From: Micrococcaceae bacterium
GTDB taxonomy: Bacteria; Actinomycetota; Actinomycetes; Actinomycetales; Micrococcaceae
Direction of reading: 5' to 3'
Assembly: GCA_047606545.1 (NCBI GenBank)
Contig: JASGEI010000014.1
Location: forward strand, 18,043-82,042
Length of the DNA: 64,000 nt
Shown here: positions 10,851 through 22,553 of the stretch, one piece after another
How positions within the stretch are numbered: the stretch's first letter is position 1
Layout of the letters: the number at the start of each line of letters is the position of its first letter
Position numbers and translations under genes: made by a program
The notes under the pieces: model-generated
Told to the model about the DNA's origin: nothing
Seen by the model: only the letters and a program-made list of their open reading frames with translations
Database searches by the model: none

Positions 10851-11119
10851 TTCTCATCCTTTGCATCTACTGTAGTTTCTTCAGTTTCAGTCTCTGCTTC
10901 AGCAACTTCATCAGTTTCTGAAGAATCAGCACCTATACCTAGTTCACGTTCACGCAAAATTGTGTAAATACGAGCAATCTCTTTCTTTACAGTCTTTAGA
11001 CGTGCGCTATTTTCCAACTGACCAGTAGCTGACTGGAAACGTAGGTTGAAAAGTTCTTCTTTGTGCTTAGCTAGTTCTGTAGTAAGCTCTTTTGAATCTT
11101 GAGAACGTAGATCAGCCAT
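10847..11119 (-). CDS. rpmC: 50S ribosomal protein L29 with acidic C-terminal tail
   Basis: [13 protein letters not shown]... The ATG at 11119 lies 1 nt after the rplP stop. The ORF-track start at 11137 would overlap rplP. Confidence 0.93.
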   Translation of the reverse strand: MADLRSQDSKELTTELAKHKEELFNLRFQSATGQLENSARLKTVKKEIARIYTILRERELGIGADSSETDEVAEAETETEETTVDAKDEK

Positions 11120-11120
11120 T

Positions 11121-11537
11121 TTATGCACCACCTTCACGGCGAATAATGCGTGCCTTCAGTGGTAGCTTGTGAATTGCTAGACGCAATGCTTCACGAGCTA
11201 CTTCTTCTGACACACCTGAAAGTTCGAAAAGAACACGACCTGGCTTAACATTAGCTACCCACCACTCAGGAGAACCTTTACCAGAACCCATACGAGTTTC
11301 TGCAGGTTTCTTAGTTAATGGACGGTCTGGATAAATATTAATCCAGACCTTACCACCACGCTTGATGTGACGAGTCATCGCAATACGAGCTGCCTCAATC
11401 TGGCGGTTAGTAACATAAGCAGGACTTAATGCCTGGATTCCATATTCACCGAAAGATACGTTAGTGCCACCTTTAGCTGCACCAGAACGCTTTGGGTGAT
11501 GTTGCTTACGGAATTTAACTTTACGAGGGATCAACAT
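11121..11537 (-). CDS. rplP: 50S ribosomal protein L16
   Basis: [13 protein letters not shown]... Confidence 0.98.
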   Translation of the reverse strand: MLIPRKVKFRKQHHPKRSGAAKGGTNVSFGEYGIQALSPAYVTNRQIEAARIAMTRHIKRGGKVWINIYPDRPLTKKPAETRMGSGKGSPEWWVANVKPGRVLFELSGVSEEVAREALRLAIHKLPLKARIIRREGGA

Positions 11538-11540
11538 AGT

Positions 11541-12335
11541 TTATGCCTGCGCTTCCGTAGTAGTCTTCTTGGTATCCGTATTTTGGTTTGCAGCATTATT
11601 ACGAGGAGCACGACGAGAACGATCGTTACGACGACGTCCATCACGTCCACCGCGACCACGCTTAGGAGCTTTAGCTTGCTGTGCAGCTAACTCTTTATCA
11701 GTTAGGTCACCCTTGTAAATCCATACCTTAACACCAATACGACCGAAAGTAGTATGTGCTTCATGAGTACCGTAATCGATGTTCGCACGAAGAGTGTGCA
11801 ATGGCACACGACCTTCACGGTAGAACTCGTTACGAGCCATTTCAGCGCCGCCTAGACGGCCTGAACATGCAACACGAATACCCTTTGCTCCGCCACGCTG
11901 AGCGCTTTGGATTGCCTTCTTCATCGCACGACGGAATGATACACGGCTGGCAAGCTGCTCTGCAATACCTTGAGCAACCAACTGAGCATCAATCTCTGGG
12001 TTCTTAACTTCAAGAATGTTTAGCTGTACTTGCTTGCCAGTTAATTTTTCTAGTTGACCACGTAGGCGATCTGCTTCAGCACCACGGCGTCCGATAACAA
12101 TACCTGGACGAGCAGTGTGGATATCGATGCGTACGCGATCACGAGTACGTTCAATCTGAACCTTTGAGATACCCGCACGTTCAAGACGCTTTTCAATCAT
12201 TTCGCGAATCTGAACATCTTCTTTTACGAAGTCACTGTATCGTTGTCCAGGTTTGTTACTGTCAGCGAACCAGCGAGATACGTGGTCAGTAGTGATCCCG
12301 AGTCGGAATCCGTTAGGATTAACTTTTTGTCCCAC
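11541..12335 (-). CDS. rpsC: 30S ribosomal protein S3 with basic C-terminal tail
   Basis: [13 protein letters not shown]... Confidence 0.98.
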   Translation of the reverse strand: MGQKVNPNGFRLGITTDHVSRWFADSNKPGQRYSDFVKEDVQIREMIEKRLERAGISKVQIERTRDRVRIDIHTARPGIVIGRRGAEADRLRGQLEKLTGKQVQLNILEVKNPEIDAQLVAQGIAEQLASRVSFRRAMKKAIQSAQRGGAKGIRVACSGRLGGAEMARNEFYREGRVPLHTLRANIDYGTHEAHTTFGRIGVKVWIYKGDLTDKELAAQQAKAPKRGRGGRDGRRRNDRSRRAPRNNAANQNTDTKKTTTEAQA

Positions 12336-12700
12336 TAGCGGGCCTCCTCTTTCTCCTGCTGACCAACCACAATAGTGATGTGGCTAGTGCGTTTTAAGAT
12401 GCGGTACGCACGGCCTTGAGCGCGTGGACGCATACGTTTCATTGTTGGGCCTTCGTTAACAAAAGCTTCAGTTACAAAGAAATCATCTTCGTTAAAAGCT
12501 TCGCTGTCACGATCAGCCAGATTACGTGCATTTGCTAATGCAGATTGCACAATTTTGAAGACCTGGTCTGAAGCACCCTGTGGGGCAAACTTCAAAATAG
12601 CCAACGCTTCATTCGCTTGCTTACCACGAATAAGGTTGACGACGCGACGGGCCTTCATTGGCGTTACACGAACAAAACGTGCTGTTGCCTTGGCTTCCAT
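12335..12700 (-). CDS. rplV: 50S ribosomal protein L22
   Basis: Sequence and operon position. Confidence 0.96.
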   Translation of the reverse strand: MEAKATARFVRVTPMKARRVVNLIRGKQANEALAILKFAPQGASDQVFKIVQSALANARNLADRDSEAFNEDDFFVTEAFVNEGPTMKRMRPRAQGRAYRILKRTSHITIVVGQQEKEEAR

Positions 12701-12739
12701 TGCTTTCCTTCTCTCGTCTTACTAAGACCGAAGTTCGCC

Positions 12740-13018
12740 TTAACGGCGTCCCTTACGGTCGTCTTTTTCGTGGCCTCTGAATGTACGTGTTGGAGCAAAC
12801 TCACCTAGTTTATGTCCCACCATTGATTCAGTGATGAAAACTGGGATGTGCTTGCGGCCATCATGTACTGCAATTGTATGACCGATCATATCTGGAACGA
12901 TCATAGAACGGCGTGACCATGTCTTGATTACATTTTTAGCTTTTTTGTCGTTTTCAGCCTGTACCTTTAGGTAAAGATGCTGATCAACAAAAGGGCCTTT
13001 CTTTAAACTACGAGGCAT
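12740..13018 (-). CDS. rpsS: 30S ribosomal protein S19
   Basis: [12 protein letters not shown]... Confidence 0.98.
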   Translation of the reverse strand: MPRSLKKGPFVDQHLYLKVQAENDKKAKNVIKTWSRRSMIVPDMIGHTIAVHDGRKHIPVFITESMVGHKLGEFAPTRTFRGHEKDDRKGRR

Positions 13019-13034
13019 AATTCCTTATCTCCTA

Positions 13035-13871
13035 TCAGCGTTTCTTACCAGTACGGCGACGACGGACAATGTACTTGTTGCTTTCCTTGTTAGGGTTACG
13101 AGTACGCCCCTCACGCTTACCGTTAGGGTTAACTGGGTGACGACCACCAGAAGTCTTAGCTTCACCACCACCGTGTGGGTGATCAATTGGGTTCATCACA
13201 ACACCACGTACAGTCGGACGGATGCCTTTCCAGCGGTTACGACCCGCTTTACCCCAGTTAATGTTGATTTGTTCTGCGTTACCTACTGTACCTACAGTAG
13301 CGCGGCAACGGATATCAACATTACGTACTTCACCTGAAGGAAGACGCAACTGACCGTAAGGGCCATCTTTCGCTACCAACTGGATACTTGCACCTGCAGA
13401 ACGACCTAGCTTAGCTCCGCCACCTGGACGAAGTTCCACAGCGTGAATGAAAGTACCAACAGGAATATTACGCAAAGGTAAGTTATTACCTGGTTTAATA
13501 TCTGCCTCAGGTCCTGCTTCCACTGTGTCGCCTTGCTTTAGCTTTTCAGGCGCAATGATATAACGCTTTTCACCATCAGAGTAGTGTAGTAGCGCAATAC
13601 GTGCAGTACGGTTTGGATCATATTCGATGTGCGCAACTTTAGCTAGCACACCATCTTTGTCATGACGACGGAAGTCAATTACACGGTACTGACGCTTGTG
13701 TCCACCACCGTGGTGACGAGCAGTAATATGCCCAGTGTTGTTACGTCCACCCTTTTTCGGGAGGGGACGAAGCAACGACTTCTCTGGTGTCGTCCGTGTA
13801 ATTTCAGTAAAGTCAGCAACAGAAGAGCCACGACGGCCTGGTGTTGTTGGCTTATATAAACGGATTCCCAT
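13035..13871 (-). CDS. rplB: 50S ribosomal protein L2
   Basis: [21 protein letters not shown] motif. Confidence 0.98.
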   Translation of the reverse strand: MGIRLYKPTTPGRRGSSVADFTEITRTTPEKSLLRPLPKKGGRNNTGHITARHHGGGHKRQYRVIDFRRHDKDGVLAKVAHIEYDPNRTARIALLHYSDGEKRYIIAPEKLKQGDTVEAGPEADIKPGNNLPLRNIPVGTFIHAVELRPGGGAKLGRSAGASIQLVAKDGPYGQLRLPSGEVRNVDIRCRATVGTVGNAEQININWGKAGRNRWKGIRPTVRGVVMNPIDHPHGGGEAKTSGGRHPVNPNGKREGRTRNPNKESNKYIVRRRRTGKKR

Positions 13872-13895
13872 AATTTCCTATTCTCCTCAATAACT

Positions 13896-14192
13896 CTAGT
13901 TTGCACCAGAGAAAATATCGATAGAGCCTTCCTTAAGTGTTACAACTGCACGCTTAGTATCTTTACGCTTACCGTAACCAAAACGAGTACGGCTAGTCTT
14001 ACCGCTGCGATTCATTGTATTTACTGAAGCAACCTTTACATTGAAGATAGCTTCAAGTGCAACTTTGATTTCTGATTTTGTAGCACGAGTGTCAACTTCA
14101 AAAGTGTACTGACCTTCGTCAATTAGACTATACGTCTTCTCAGAAACCACAGGAGCGATGATTACATCGTGGTGTGTTTTGTGTTCACTCAC
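13896..14192 (-). CDS. rplW: 50S ribosomal protein L23
   Basis: Sequence and operon position. Confidence 0.96.
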   Translation of the reverse strand: MSEHKTHHDVIIAPVVSEKTYSLIDEGQYTFEVDTRATKSEIKVALEAIFNVKVASVNTMNRSGKTSRTRFGYGKRKDTKRAVVTLKEGSIDIFSGAN

Positions 14193-14194
14193 CT

Positions 14195-15010
14195 TTAGTC
14201 CTCCTTCTCAGCTTCTTCATCATCTTTAGATGCAGATTCCTCTTCTGCTTCCTCAGTTTCTTCAGCTTTTTCTTCAACTGCTGATTCTTCTGAATCTGAT
14301 TCTTCCTTTTCAGGTTTCTCAGTTTCAGTTTCTTCAGTCAGTTTTTTAGAGTCTGTGTCTTTTGCTTCTGTTTTTTTATCTTCATTAACTTCAGATTTCT
14401 TATCTTCAGAAGCTGTTTCTTTACCTTGTGTTTGTTCTACAAAAGCATCCAATGCTTTTTCAGTGAAAATAACATCATCAGCAACAAGGACATCGTATGC
14501 ATTTAACTGATCAGCGAAAAGTACATGAACCTTAGCTACGTTACGCAAACTTGCCATTGAAACTTCATCTTCACGATCAAGAACTACTAGAGCACGAGTT
14601 CCTTTGATATCTTTAGCAATAGTTTTAAGTGCATCCTTTGTAGATGGTTTTTCACTAGTAACTACAGAACCAATAACCTGTACATAACCATTGCGAGCAC
14701 GATCTGAAAGTGCGCCACGAAGTGCGGCAGCAATCATTTTCTTAGGTGTGCGTTGTGCGTAATTACGAGGCTTTGGACCATGCACGATACCGCCACCCTT
14801 CATGTGTGGCGCACGGATAGAACCCTGACGTGCGTTACCAGTACCTTTTTGCCTGAATGGCTTACGACCTGCACCCGAACGCTCACCACGGTCTTTAACC
14901 TTGTGAGTACCCTGACGAGCAGCAGCTAACTGAGCTACTACTACCTGGTGAATCAAAGGAACAGATACTTTTGCATCAAAAATTTCTGCGGGTAAATTTG
15001 AATTTGCCAT
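14195..15010 (-). CDS. rplD: 50S ribosomal protein L4 with about 75-aa E/K/T/S-rich C-terminal tail
   Basis: L4 core ([16 protein letters not shown]). The ORF runs uninterrupted through an acidic tail to the stop, 2 nt before the rplW start. Confidence 0.96.
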   Translation of the reverse strand: MANSNLPAEIFDAKVSVPLIHQVVVAQLAAARQGTHKVKDRGERSGAGRKPFRQKGTGNARQGSIRAPHMKGGGIVHGPKPRNYAQRTPKKMIAAALRGALSDRARNGYVQVIGSVVTSEKPSTKDALKTIAKDIKGTRALVVLDREDEVSMASLRNVAKVHVLFADQLNAYDVLVADDVIFTEKALDAFVEQTQGKETASEDKKSEVNEDKKTEAKDTDSKKLTEETETEKPEKEESDSEESAVEEKAEETEEAEEESASKDDEEAEKED

Positions 15011-15013
15011 TTA

Positions 15014-15670
15014 CTATGCCCCCTTCACAGCAGTGCGAACTAGTACTACTGCACCACGAGGTCCAGGAATCGCACCTTTAATCAATAGAAGGTTTTTGTC
15101 GGAATCTACTGCATGAACAGTTAGATTTTGAGTAGTATGACGTACATTACCCATACGACCTGACATCTTTTGACCGCGGAATACACGACCTGGAGTGGCA
15201 GAAGCACCGATTGAACCTGGCTTACGATGGTTCTTATGTGCACCGTGAGATGCACCTACACCGTGGAAACCGTGGCGCTTCATAGTACCGGCAAAACCTT
15301 TACCTTTTGTTTTTCCTACTACGTCTACTTTTTGCCCAGCTTCAAACTGTTCAACAGTAAGTTCTTGACCTGCTTCATAGCTTTCTGAATCAGCAGTACG
15401 TAATTCAACAAGGTGACGGCGTGGAGTAACTCCAGCTTTCTCAAAGTGACCAGTCATTGGCTTGTTAACTTTACGTGGATCAATCTGACCGTAGGCGATT
15501 TGCACGGCATTATAGCCGTCGTTTTCTTCTGCGCGAACCTGAGTTACAACATTGGCTTCGGCTTCAACTACAGTTACTGGAATGATCTTATTATCATCAT
15601 CCCAAACCTGAGTCATGCCCAGCTTTTTGCCCAGGAGACCTTTTACCTCGCGCTGTGTTTGATTAGACAT
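15014..15670 (-). CDS. rplC: 50S ribosomal protein L3
   Basis: [13 protein letters not shown]..., [10 protein letters not shown]. Confidence 0.98.
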   Translation of the reverse strand: MSNQTQREVKGLLGKKLGMTQVWDDDNKIIPVTVVEAEANVVTQVRAEENDGYNAVQIAYGQIDPRKVNKPMTGHFEKAGVTPRRHLVELRTADSESYEAGQELTVEQFEAGQKVDVVGKTKGKGFAGTMKRHGFHGVGASHGAHKNHRKPGSIGASATPGRVFRGQKMSGRMGNVRHTTQNLTVHAVDSDKNLLLIKGAIPGPRGAVVLVRTAVKGA

Positions 15671-15691
15671 ATTTTAGCTTTTTGTCCTTAC

Positions 15692-16000
15692 TTACAGCTT
15701 AATCTCGATATTGACATCTGCTGGCAAGTCAAGACGCATTAGCGAGTCAACTGCCTTTGGAGTAGGGTCAACAATATCGATTAGACGTTTGTGAGTACGC
15801 ATTTCAAAGTGCTCACGACTGTCTTTATACTTATGTGGGGAACGAATGACACAATAAACGTTTTTCTCAGTAGGCAGCGGAACAGGACCAACAATTGATG
15901 CTCCTGCTCGTGTCACTGTGTCAACGATTTTGCGTGCCGAGCTATCAATGACATCGTGGTCATATGATTTTAGCCTAATGCGGATCTTTTGTCCTGCCAT
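15692..16000 (-). CDS. rpsJ: 30S ribosomal protein S10
   Basis: [15 protein letters not shown]... Confidence 0.98.
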   Translation of the reverse strand: MAGQKIRIRLKSYDHDVIDSSARKIVDTVTRAGASIVGPVPLPTEKNVYCVIRSPHKYKDSREHFEMRTHKRLIDIVDPTPKAVDSLMRLDLPADVNIEIKL

Positions 16001-16178
16001 TATAGGTGCTCTCTCTTTCTTTACGCAGTGTCCTAGCTAAGGGTTCTTAACTAGGTATTTACTGACAAGTGCCCGAAACCCGAGGTCGGGTGTGTCGGCG
16101 CTACTTCTTTTTAAACCGCAAGCTCTACACTAGTGCCTGCGGTCTCTCAGCCCTTCTAGGGCTAAATTTAAGCTTACA
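16001..16178 (-). promoter_or_regulatory. GC-enriched, hairpin-dense 5' leader of the S10 operon (candidate r-protein autoregulatory leader)
   Basis: On the minus strand: agccct-aga-agggct, accgcagg...cttgcggt, acccga-cc-tcgggt. Composition is clearly more GC-rich than the flanking intergenic DNA. Confidence 0.4.
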
Positions 16179-16262
16179 ATGCGTAGTGAATACGCACAAA
16201 GTCAATACTACCTGATTTTATATAAGCAATGCAAATTAAATTTTCGGCATTTTATGCAACTA

Positions 16263-16345
16263 ACACATTTTCTTAGTAATCGACTATTTCCACTCCATAT
16301 ATGCAAAGAAAATTACCTTTTAGTAAGAAAATGCGATAGAGAAGC
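16263..16345. repeat. Degenerate copy of an ~80-nt palindromic intergenic element (partner at 35845-35918)
   Basis: acacattttcttagtaatcgactatttccactcc...gaaaattaccttttagtaagaaaatgcgata aligns at about 80% with the 35845 copy in the same orientation. Confidence 0.65.
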
Positions 16346-16352
16346 TGACATA

Positions 16353-16392
16353 CAAAAAGACCCTCACGCTTGTTTCCAAGCTAGAGGGTCTT
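16353..16392 (-). terminator. Rho-independent terminator of tuf
   Basis: Minus strand: agaccctc ... gagggtct followed by ttttt. Confidence 0.75.
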
Positions 16393-16410
16393 TAAGAAAG
16401 TAAAAGTTTA

Positions 16411-17601
16411 TTACTTGATAATCTTAGTCACACGACCAGAACCAACAGTACGTCCACCTTCACGAATCGCGAAGCCTAGACCTTCTTCCATAGCGATTGG
16501 CTGGATAAGCTCAACAGCCATCTCAGTGTTATCGCCAGGCATTACCATTTCAGTTCCTTCTGGAAGTGTAATTACACCAGTTACGTCAGTTGTACGGAAG
16601 TAGAACTGAGGGCGGTAGTTAGTGTAGAACGGATTGTGACGCCCACCTTCATCCTTAGAAAGGATGTACACGTTACCTTCGAATTCAGTGTGTGGAGTGA
16701 TTGAACCTGGTTTAACAACAACCTGGCCACGCTCAACATCTTCACGCTTTAGACCACGAAGAAGTAGACCACAGTTCTCGCCTGCCCATGCTTCATCAAG
16801 TTGCTTGTGGAACATCTCAATACCAGTAACAGTAGTCTTCTGGATTGGACGGATACCAACGATTTCAACCTCAGAGTTAATTGGAAGAGTACCACGTTCA
16901 GCACGACCTGTTACTACAGTACCGCGACCTGTAATTGTAAATACATCCTCAATTGGCATCAAGAATGGCTTGTCTTTGTCACGCTGTGGTTCTGGAATAT
17001 ACTCATCAACAGCTTCCATTAGCTCTTCAACAGCCTTAACCCACTTTTCGTCACCTTCAAGTGCCTTAAGCGCAGATACCTGGATAACTGGAGCTTCATC
17101 TCCATCGAATTCTTGCTCAGAAAGAAGTTCACGAACTTCCATTTCTACTAATTCAAGTAGTTCTTCATCGTCAACCATGTCAGCTTTGTTAAGAGCTACA
17201 AGAAGTGTTGGTACACCAACCTGACGAGCTAGAAGAACGTGTTCACGAGTCTGAGCCATTGGACCATCAGTAGCAGCAACTACAAGAATCGCACCGTCCA
17301 TCTGAGCTGCACCAGTAATCATGTTCTTGATGTAGTCAGCGTGACCTGGAGCGTCTACGTGTGCGTAGTGGCGCTTTTCAGTCTCATACTCAATGTGAGA
17401 GATGTTAATTGTAATACCACGCTGCTTTTCTTCAGGTGCCTTATCAATTTCATCAAACTTAAATGGTTCGTTTAGATCAGGGTACTTGTCAGCTAGCACC
17501 TTAGAGATTGCTGCTGTCAATGTAGTTTTACCGTGGTCAACGTGACCAATAGTACCAATGTTTAAGTGCGGCTTGGTACGTTCGAACTTTGCCTTAGCCA
17601 C
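16411..17601 (-). CDS. tuf: Elongation factor Tu
   Basis: [19 protein letters not shown] motifs; 396 aa. Confidence 0.99.
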   Translation of the reverse strand: MAKAKFERTKPHLNIGTIGHVDHGKTTLTAAISKVLADKYPDLNEPFKFDEIDKAPEEKQRGITINISHIEYETEKRHYAHVDAPGHADYIKNMITGAAQMDGAILVVAATDGPMAQTREHVLLARQVGVPTLLVALNKADMVDDEELLELVEMEVRELLSEQEFDGDEAPVIQVSALKALEGDEKWVKAVEELMEAVDEYIPEPQRDKDKPFLMPIEDVFTITGRGTVVTGRAERGTLPINSEVEIVGIRPIQKTTVTGIEMFHKQLDEAWAGENCGLLLRGLKREDVERGQVVVKPGSITPHTEFEGNVYILSKDEGGRHNPFYTNYRPQFYFRTTDVTGVITLPEGTEMVMPGDNTEMAVELIQPIAMEEGLGFAIREGGRTVGSGRVTKIIK

Positions 17602-17701
17602 TAGGGCCTCCTATTTCATGTTGTCTTAATAGTTAATTACCTTAACTATATTACGTCATTTACGTTGTTTACAAAAATGGAATTTGCTTCCAGTGTAGGT
17701 T

Positions 17702-19804
17702 TTATTCTCCTTGTGCCTTCTGAACAATTTCTTCAGACACGTTTTTTGGGACTTCCGCATATGTATCGAAAACCATAGAGAATACTGCACGACCCTGTGT
17801 CTTTGAACGCAGGTCGCCAATGTAACCAAACATCTCAGAAAGAGGGACATTGGCACGAATTACCTTCACACCGGTTGCATCTTCCATGGATGAAATTTGA
17901 CCACGGCGAGAGTTTAGGTCACCAATTACGTCACCCATGTACTCTTCTGGAGTACGAACCTCTACTGCCATGATAGGTTCAAGGAGTGCAGGATCTGCTT
18001 TACGCATCGCTTCCTTCATACCCTGAACACCAGCGATTTTGAAGGCCATCTCAGAAGAGTCAACATCGTGATACTGACCATCCTTCAATACTGCCTTAAT
18101 ACCAACCACTGGGTAACCAGCAAGAACACCATACTTCATAGCATCTTGAATACCCTGGTCTACGCTTGGAATATATTCACGAGGGATACGTCCACCCGTT
18201 ACTTTATTCTCAAATTCATATAAGTCATCGCCTTCAACTTCCATTGGTTCAATAGAGAATTGAATCTTAGCGAACTGACCAGAACCACCAGACTGCTTCT
18301 TGTGAGTGTAATCGTGCTTATCAACTTTGCGACGAATAGTTTCACGGTAAGCTACCTGTGGTTTACCTACATTTGCCTCTACCTTAAACTCACGACGCAT
18401 ACGGTCAACGAATACATCTAAGTGAAGTTCACCCATACCACCAATCACAGTCTGACCAGTTTCTTCGTCAAGGCTTACGCGGAAGGTAGGATCTTCTGCT
18501 ACTAGCTTTTGAATTGCTGTTGAAAGCTTCTCTTGGTCACCTTTAGTCTTTGGTTCAATTGCCACATCAATCACAGGTTCTGGGAATGACATAGATTCAA
18601 GAACAATCTGATTATTTGGGTCACAAAGTGTGTCCCCTGTAGTAGTATCTTTAAGACCAATCACAGCATAAATGTGACCAGCTTGTAACTCATCAACCGG
18701 GTTCTCTTTGTTAGAGTGCATCTGGAATACCTTGCCGATACGCTCTTTCTTTTGCTTAGTCGCATTATATACCTGAGAACCTGAAGAGGCTTTACCAGAG
18801 TACACACGCACGTAAGTCAAGGTACCAAAGAATGGGTGAGATGCTACCTTGAAAGCAAGAGCTGCGAAAGGTTCGTTAACTTCTGGCTTACGAGTAAGCT
18901 CTTCTTCCTCATCTTTCACACTATGACCAGTAATTGCTGGTACATCTAGTGGAGAAGGCAGGTAACGAACAACTGCATCAAGCATAGGTTGGATACCTTT
19001 GTTCTTGAATGCGGAACCACAGAATATTGGGTAAACTTCTGAAGCGATAGTTAGTTTACGAACGCCATCTTTAATCTCTTCTTCAGTAAGATCTTCGCCT
19101 TCAAGATACTTTTCCATCAGTTCGTCATCAGATTCCGCAACTGTCTCAATAAGTTCGTTACGGTATTCCTCTGCTTTATCCTGAAGGTCTTCTGGAATAT
19201 CCTCGATTTCGTACTTAGCACCCATTTCAGTCTCACCACGCCAAGTCAGTGCCTTCATGGTGATTAAATCTACTACACCTTCAAAGTCATTTTCTGCACC
19301 AATTGGCAACTGCATTACCAATGGCTTTGCATGAAGACGGTCAACGATAGTCTGCACAGTGAAGTAGAAATCTGCACCAAGCTTATCCATCTTGTTTACG
19401 AAACAGATGCGAGGCACATCGTACTTGTCAGCTTGACGCCAAACAGTTTCAGACTGAGGTTCTACACCTTCTTTACCGTCGAACACTGCAACAGCACCAT
19501 CAAGTACACGTAGTGAACGTTCTACCTCTACAGTGAAGTCAACGTGTCCCGGTGTATCTATGATGTTAATCTGGTAGTCATCCCAGTAACAAGTAGTTGC
19601 AGCAGAAGTAATTGTGATACCACGTTCCTGCTCCTGCTCCATCCAGTCCATTGTTGAAGCACCATCATGTGTTTCACCAATTTTATGGTTGATACCAGTG
19701 TAATATAGAATACGCTCTGTTGCGGTAGTTTTACCAGCATCAATGTGAGCCATGATGCCGATATTGCGGACCTTTTTAAGATCAGAAAGTACGTCTAGCG
19801 CCAC
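17702..19804 (-). CDS. fusA: Elongation factor G
   Basis: [17 protein letters not shown]; 700 aa; located between rpsG and tuf. Confidence 0.99.
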   Translation of the reverse strand: MALDVLSDLKKVRNIGIMAHIDAGKTTATERILYYTGINHKIGETHDGASTMDWMEQEQERGITITSAATTCYWDDYQINIIDTPGHVDFTVEVERSLRVLDGAVAVFDGKEGVEPQSETVWRQADKYDVPRICFVNKMDKLGADFYFTVQTIVDRLHAKPLVMQLPIGAENDFEGVVDLITMKALTWRGETEMGAKYEIEDIPEDLQDKAEEYRNELIETVAESDDELMEKYLEGEDLTEEEIKDGVRKLTIASEVYPIFCGSAFKNKGIQPMLDAVVRYLPSPLDVPAITGHSVKDEEEELTRKPEVNEPFAALAFKVASHPFFGTLTYVRVYSGKASSGSQVYNATKQKKERIGKVFQMHSNKENPVDELQAGHIYAVIGLKDTTTGDTLCDPNNQIVLESMSFPEPVIDVAIEPKTKGDQEKLSTAIQKLVAEDPTFRVSLDEETGQTVIGGMGELHLDVFVDRMRREFKVEANVGKPQVAYRETIRRKVDKHDYTHKKQSGGSGQFAKIQFSIEPMEVEGDDLYEFENKVTGGRIPREYIPSVDQGIQDAMKYGVLAGYPVVGIKAVLKDGQYHDVDSSEMAFKIAGVQGMKEAMRKADPALLEPIMAVEVRTPEEYMGDVIGDLNSRRGQISSMEDATGVKVIRANVPLSEMFGYIGDLRSKTQGRAVFSMVFDTYAEVPKNVSEEIVQKAQGE

Positions 19805-19839
19805 TTTTCCTAGCCTTTCAAATTTTAGCTAATTATTGA

Positions 19840-20310
19840 TTACCAACGGTAATGTGCAAACGCACGGTTTGCTTCTGCCATTTTATGTGTGTCTTCGCGC
19901 TTCTTAACTGCAGCACCAAGACCGTTCGAAGCATCAAGAATTTCATTCTGTAGACGCTCAGTCATAGTCTTTTCACGACGATTCTTTGCAAAACCTACTA
20001 GCCAACGAAGAGCTAGCGCAGTCTGACGTGCAGGCTTTACATCGATAGGTACCTGGTAAGTTGCACCACCAACACGGCGTGACTTAACCTCGATTGCAGG
20101 CTTTACGTTATCGATAGCCTTTTTCAAAGTTGTAACTGGATCAGCATCAGCTTTTTTGCGAGTACCTTCTAAGGCACCATATACGATGCTTTCCGCTGTT
20201 GATTTTTTACCGCCTAGAAGAACCTTGTTTACTAGCTGCGTAACTAATTGAGATCCGTAAACCGGATCAGTCACTAAAGGGCGCTTAGGCGCTGGACCTT
20301 TACGTGGCAT
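19840..20310 (-). CDS. rpsG: 30S ribosomal protein S7
   Basis: [12 protein letters not shown]... Confidence 0.98.
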   Translation of the reverse strand: MPRKGPAPKRPLVTDPVYGSQLVTQLVNKVLLGGKKSTAESIVYGALEGTRKKADADPVTTLKKAIDNVKPAIEVKSRRVGGATYQVPIDVKPARQTALALRWLVGFAKNRREKTMTERLQNEILDASNGLGAAVKKREDTHKMAEANRAFAHYRW

Positions 20311-20681
20311 TATTTCTCCTTCTTAGCACCGTAACGACTACGTGCTTGTTTACGATCTTTAACACCCTGTGTATCTAGGGCTCCACGGACAATCTTGTAA
20401 CGTACACCTGGAAGGTCTTTCACACGACCACCGCGCACAAGCACGATAGAGTGTTCTTGTAGGTTATGACCAACCCCAGGAATGTAAGCTGTAACCTCTA
20501 CACCACCGTTTAGGCGTACACGAGCTACCTTACGAAGCGCAGAGTTTGGCTTTTTTGGAGTAGTAGTATATACACGAGTACATACACCACGGCGCATAGG
20601 GTTGCCCCGCAATGCTGGGGCCTTTGTCTTTGAGACTTTTGGTGAGCGGCCTTTGCGGACCAGCTGCTGAATAGTAGGCAC
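20310..20681 (-). CDS. rpsL: 30S ribosomal protein S12
   Basis: [12 protein letters not shown]... Confidence 0.98.
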   Translation of the reverse strand: MPTIQQLVRKGRSPKVSKTKAPALRGNPMRRGVCTRVYTTTPKKPNSALRKVARVRLNGGVEVTAYIPGVGHNLQEHSIVLVRGGRVKDLPGVRYKIVRGALDTQGVKDRKQARSRYGAKKEK

Positions 20682-20794
20682 TACTTATTCTCCATTTTGT
20701 CGAAATTATACTTACAGATTACAGTGCACAGCATTTAAGTATGCAAAATGCACTGGCAATAATTGCACTCACACTAGCTTACAGCTTTTAGTTA

Positions 20795-20838
20795 AAAATG
20801 ACAATTCGGCGTACCGATTTTTTTTCGATACGCCGAAT
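20795..20838 (-). terminator. Terminator hairpin after the peptide permease gene
   Basis: attcggcgta / tacgccgaat 10-bp stem around a T-rich loop. ttttt lies shortly downstream on the minus strand. Confidence 0.55.
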
Positions 20839-20854
20839 ATTGAGTGCTTGAAGC

Positions 20855-22315
20855 CTAGCGAATACCTGCCATTTTCTTCTTAATGAATGGCACAAGACCC
20901 GCAATGATAGCACTAACCACGATAGATGTAAGACCTACACCTATGAAGTAAGGAACTTCATTAGTTGGGTTGTAGTAGCCAGCAATGGTACCTGACAATG
21001 CAGTACCCATTGATGAAGCAAGCATATATAACGCAACCATCATAGTAACGAAACGTTTAGGTGATAAACGAGTAGCTACTGATAAACCGATTGGCGAAAT
21101 ACAAAGCTCAGCAACACAGAATAGTAACAGGATAAATAGCACTAATAGTAACGGCACTTTATTTTGACCACTGTTAGCAACAGGCAGGAATAATAAGTAA
21201 GCCACACCAATCAAGAAGTTAGCGAAAGCAAACTTCACTGGAGTTGATGGGTTCTTATCTCCTAGTTTCGTCCAAACACCTGCAAATACTAGAGCTAGTA
21301 ACATTACGTAAATTGCAGAAACTGAGTTCATCCAAGCAGCAGGGAATTCCCAACCAAAAATTTTACGATTCAAACGTTCATCAGTAAATAATGGCAAGAA
21401 TGTGAAGATCTGCTGGTACAAAGCCCAGAATGCGACCTGAGAAACTAACAATGGAATGAACGCTACAACACGGCTCTTTTCTTCAGCAGTAGTCTTATCC
21501 GTACGTAGCAACATTGAAATAATCGAAATTGCTGCAATTGCAGAGAAAACTGCAATGAATGTCGAAACATTTTCACCAGCAAAAGCTGCACGCGTTGGTG
21601 ATGAAAAAGTAAACCAACCAAGCAGTGCGATAACCACGATAGCTACTGCAGCTATTGTCTTTGCACGGCTTGCTTCCTCTGGCGTCAATGGGTCACTTGG
21701 CTTGCGAGTTCCTTCAGCAAATACTTTACGACCTACTGTGTACTGCGCTAGACCAAGAGCCATACCAACTGCTGCTGCACCAAACGCATAGTGGAAACCT
21801 ACACCTTGAAGTGCGCCGGTTACCAAAGGCCCAAGGAAAGCACCTACGTTAATACCAAAGTAATATAGCGAGAATCCCGCATCACTTCGTGGATCGTTTT
21901 TATCGTAAAGGGTACCTACCATTGAAGTAGAGCTGGCTTTAACACCACCACCACCGAAAGCAATCAGTAGCAGACCAATAACAAGACCGAAAATTCCATG
22001 TAACAAGGCCATAGATAAGTGGCCAAACACTACAATAATAGCACTATAGAATAGTGTCTTTTCACGGCCTAACAAGCGGTCAGAAATCCAACCAAATAGG
22101 ATGGTACTTAAGAACACCATACCACCGTATGCACCAGCAAGTGACGTTGCAGTGCCTTTATCAAGCCCTAAACCACCTTGGCTGGCCGTGTATGTTACAT
22201 AGAATACAAGAATTGCTTGTACACCATAGAAGGAGAAGCGCTCCCACATTTCCACACCAAAAAGAGTAGCCAATGACTTAGGATGCCCAAAGAATGAAGT
22301 ATCATCCTTAGCCAA
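20855..22315 (-). CDS. POT/PTR2-family di-/tripeptide:proton symporter (MFS)
   Basis: N-terminal FGHPKSLATLFGVEMWERFSFYGVQAILVFY signature and about 14 TM segments. TTG start with a gagg RBS upstream. Confidence 0.8.
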   Translation of the reverse strand: MAKDDTSFFGHPKSLATLFGVEMWERFSFYGVQAILVFYVTYTASQGGLGLDKGTATSLAGAYGGMVFLSTILFGWISDRLLGREKTLFYSAIIVVFGHLSMALLHGIFGLVIGLLLIAFGGGGVKASSTSMVGTLYDKNDPRSDAGFSLYYFGINVGAFLGPLVTGALQGVGFHYAFGAAAVGMALGLAQYTVGRKVFAEGTRKPSDPLTPEEASRAKTIAAVAIVVIALLGWFTFSSPTRAAFAGENVSTFIAVFSAIAAISIISMLLRTDKTTAEEKSRVVAFIPLLVSQVAFWALYQQIFTFLPLFTDERLNRKIFGWEFPAAWMNSVSAIYVMLLALVFAGVWTKLGDKNPSTPVKFAFANFLIGVAYLLFLPVANSGQNKVPLLLVLFILLLFCVAELCISPIGLSVATRLSPKRFVTMMVALYMLASSMGTALSGTIAGYYNPTNEVPYFIGVGLTSIVVSAIIAGLVPFIKKKMAGIR

Positions 22316-22500
22316 ATTAGCTTTTTCCTCTATAACATTTTCTGTAGCGATAATCTTACCTTTCTCGAGTAAAAAATCTCTTCGCTTATAGTGAGATTGT
22401 TTATTAGCATACTACTGTTTCTCAGCTAATGCACATTTTTTATGAAATTTAACGTTCAGCAGACAAATTAACTAGTTCCCTCAAAATTTTCTATAGAATA

Positions 22501-22533
22501 TGAAAAATCCCGGTAGAAAATTTCATACCGGGA
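22501..22533 (-). terminator. Rho-independent terminator of rpoC
   Basis: cccggta / taccggg stem followed by attttt on the minus strand. Confidence 0.7.
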
Positions 22534-22553
22534 CTCTTCAAAGTTTAAGAAGA

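Noticed and set aside
13679-13906. 75-aa minus-strand ORF overlapping the rplB start and the rplW end
   Set aside because: It is an alternative frame of rplB with no independent support. It is bounded by two essential, well-defined genes.
16664-17224. 186-aa plus-strand ORF, plus 16415..16603, 16801..17022 and 17239..17475
   Set aside because: These lie antisense to tuf, whose identity is unambiguous. The products are S/T/P/R-rich low-complexity sequence typical of reverse-frame translation of a codon-biased gene.
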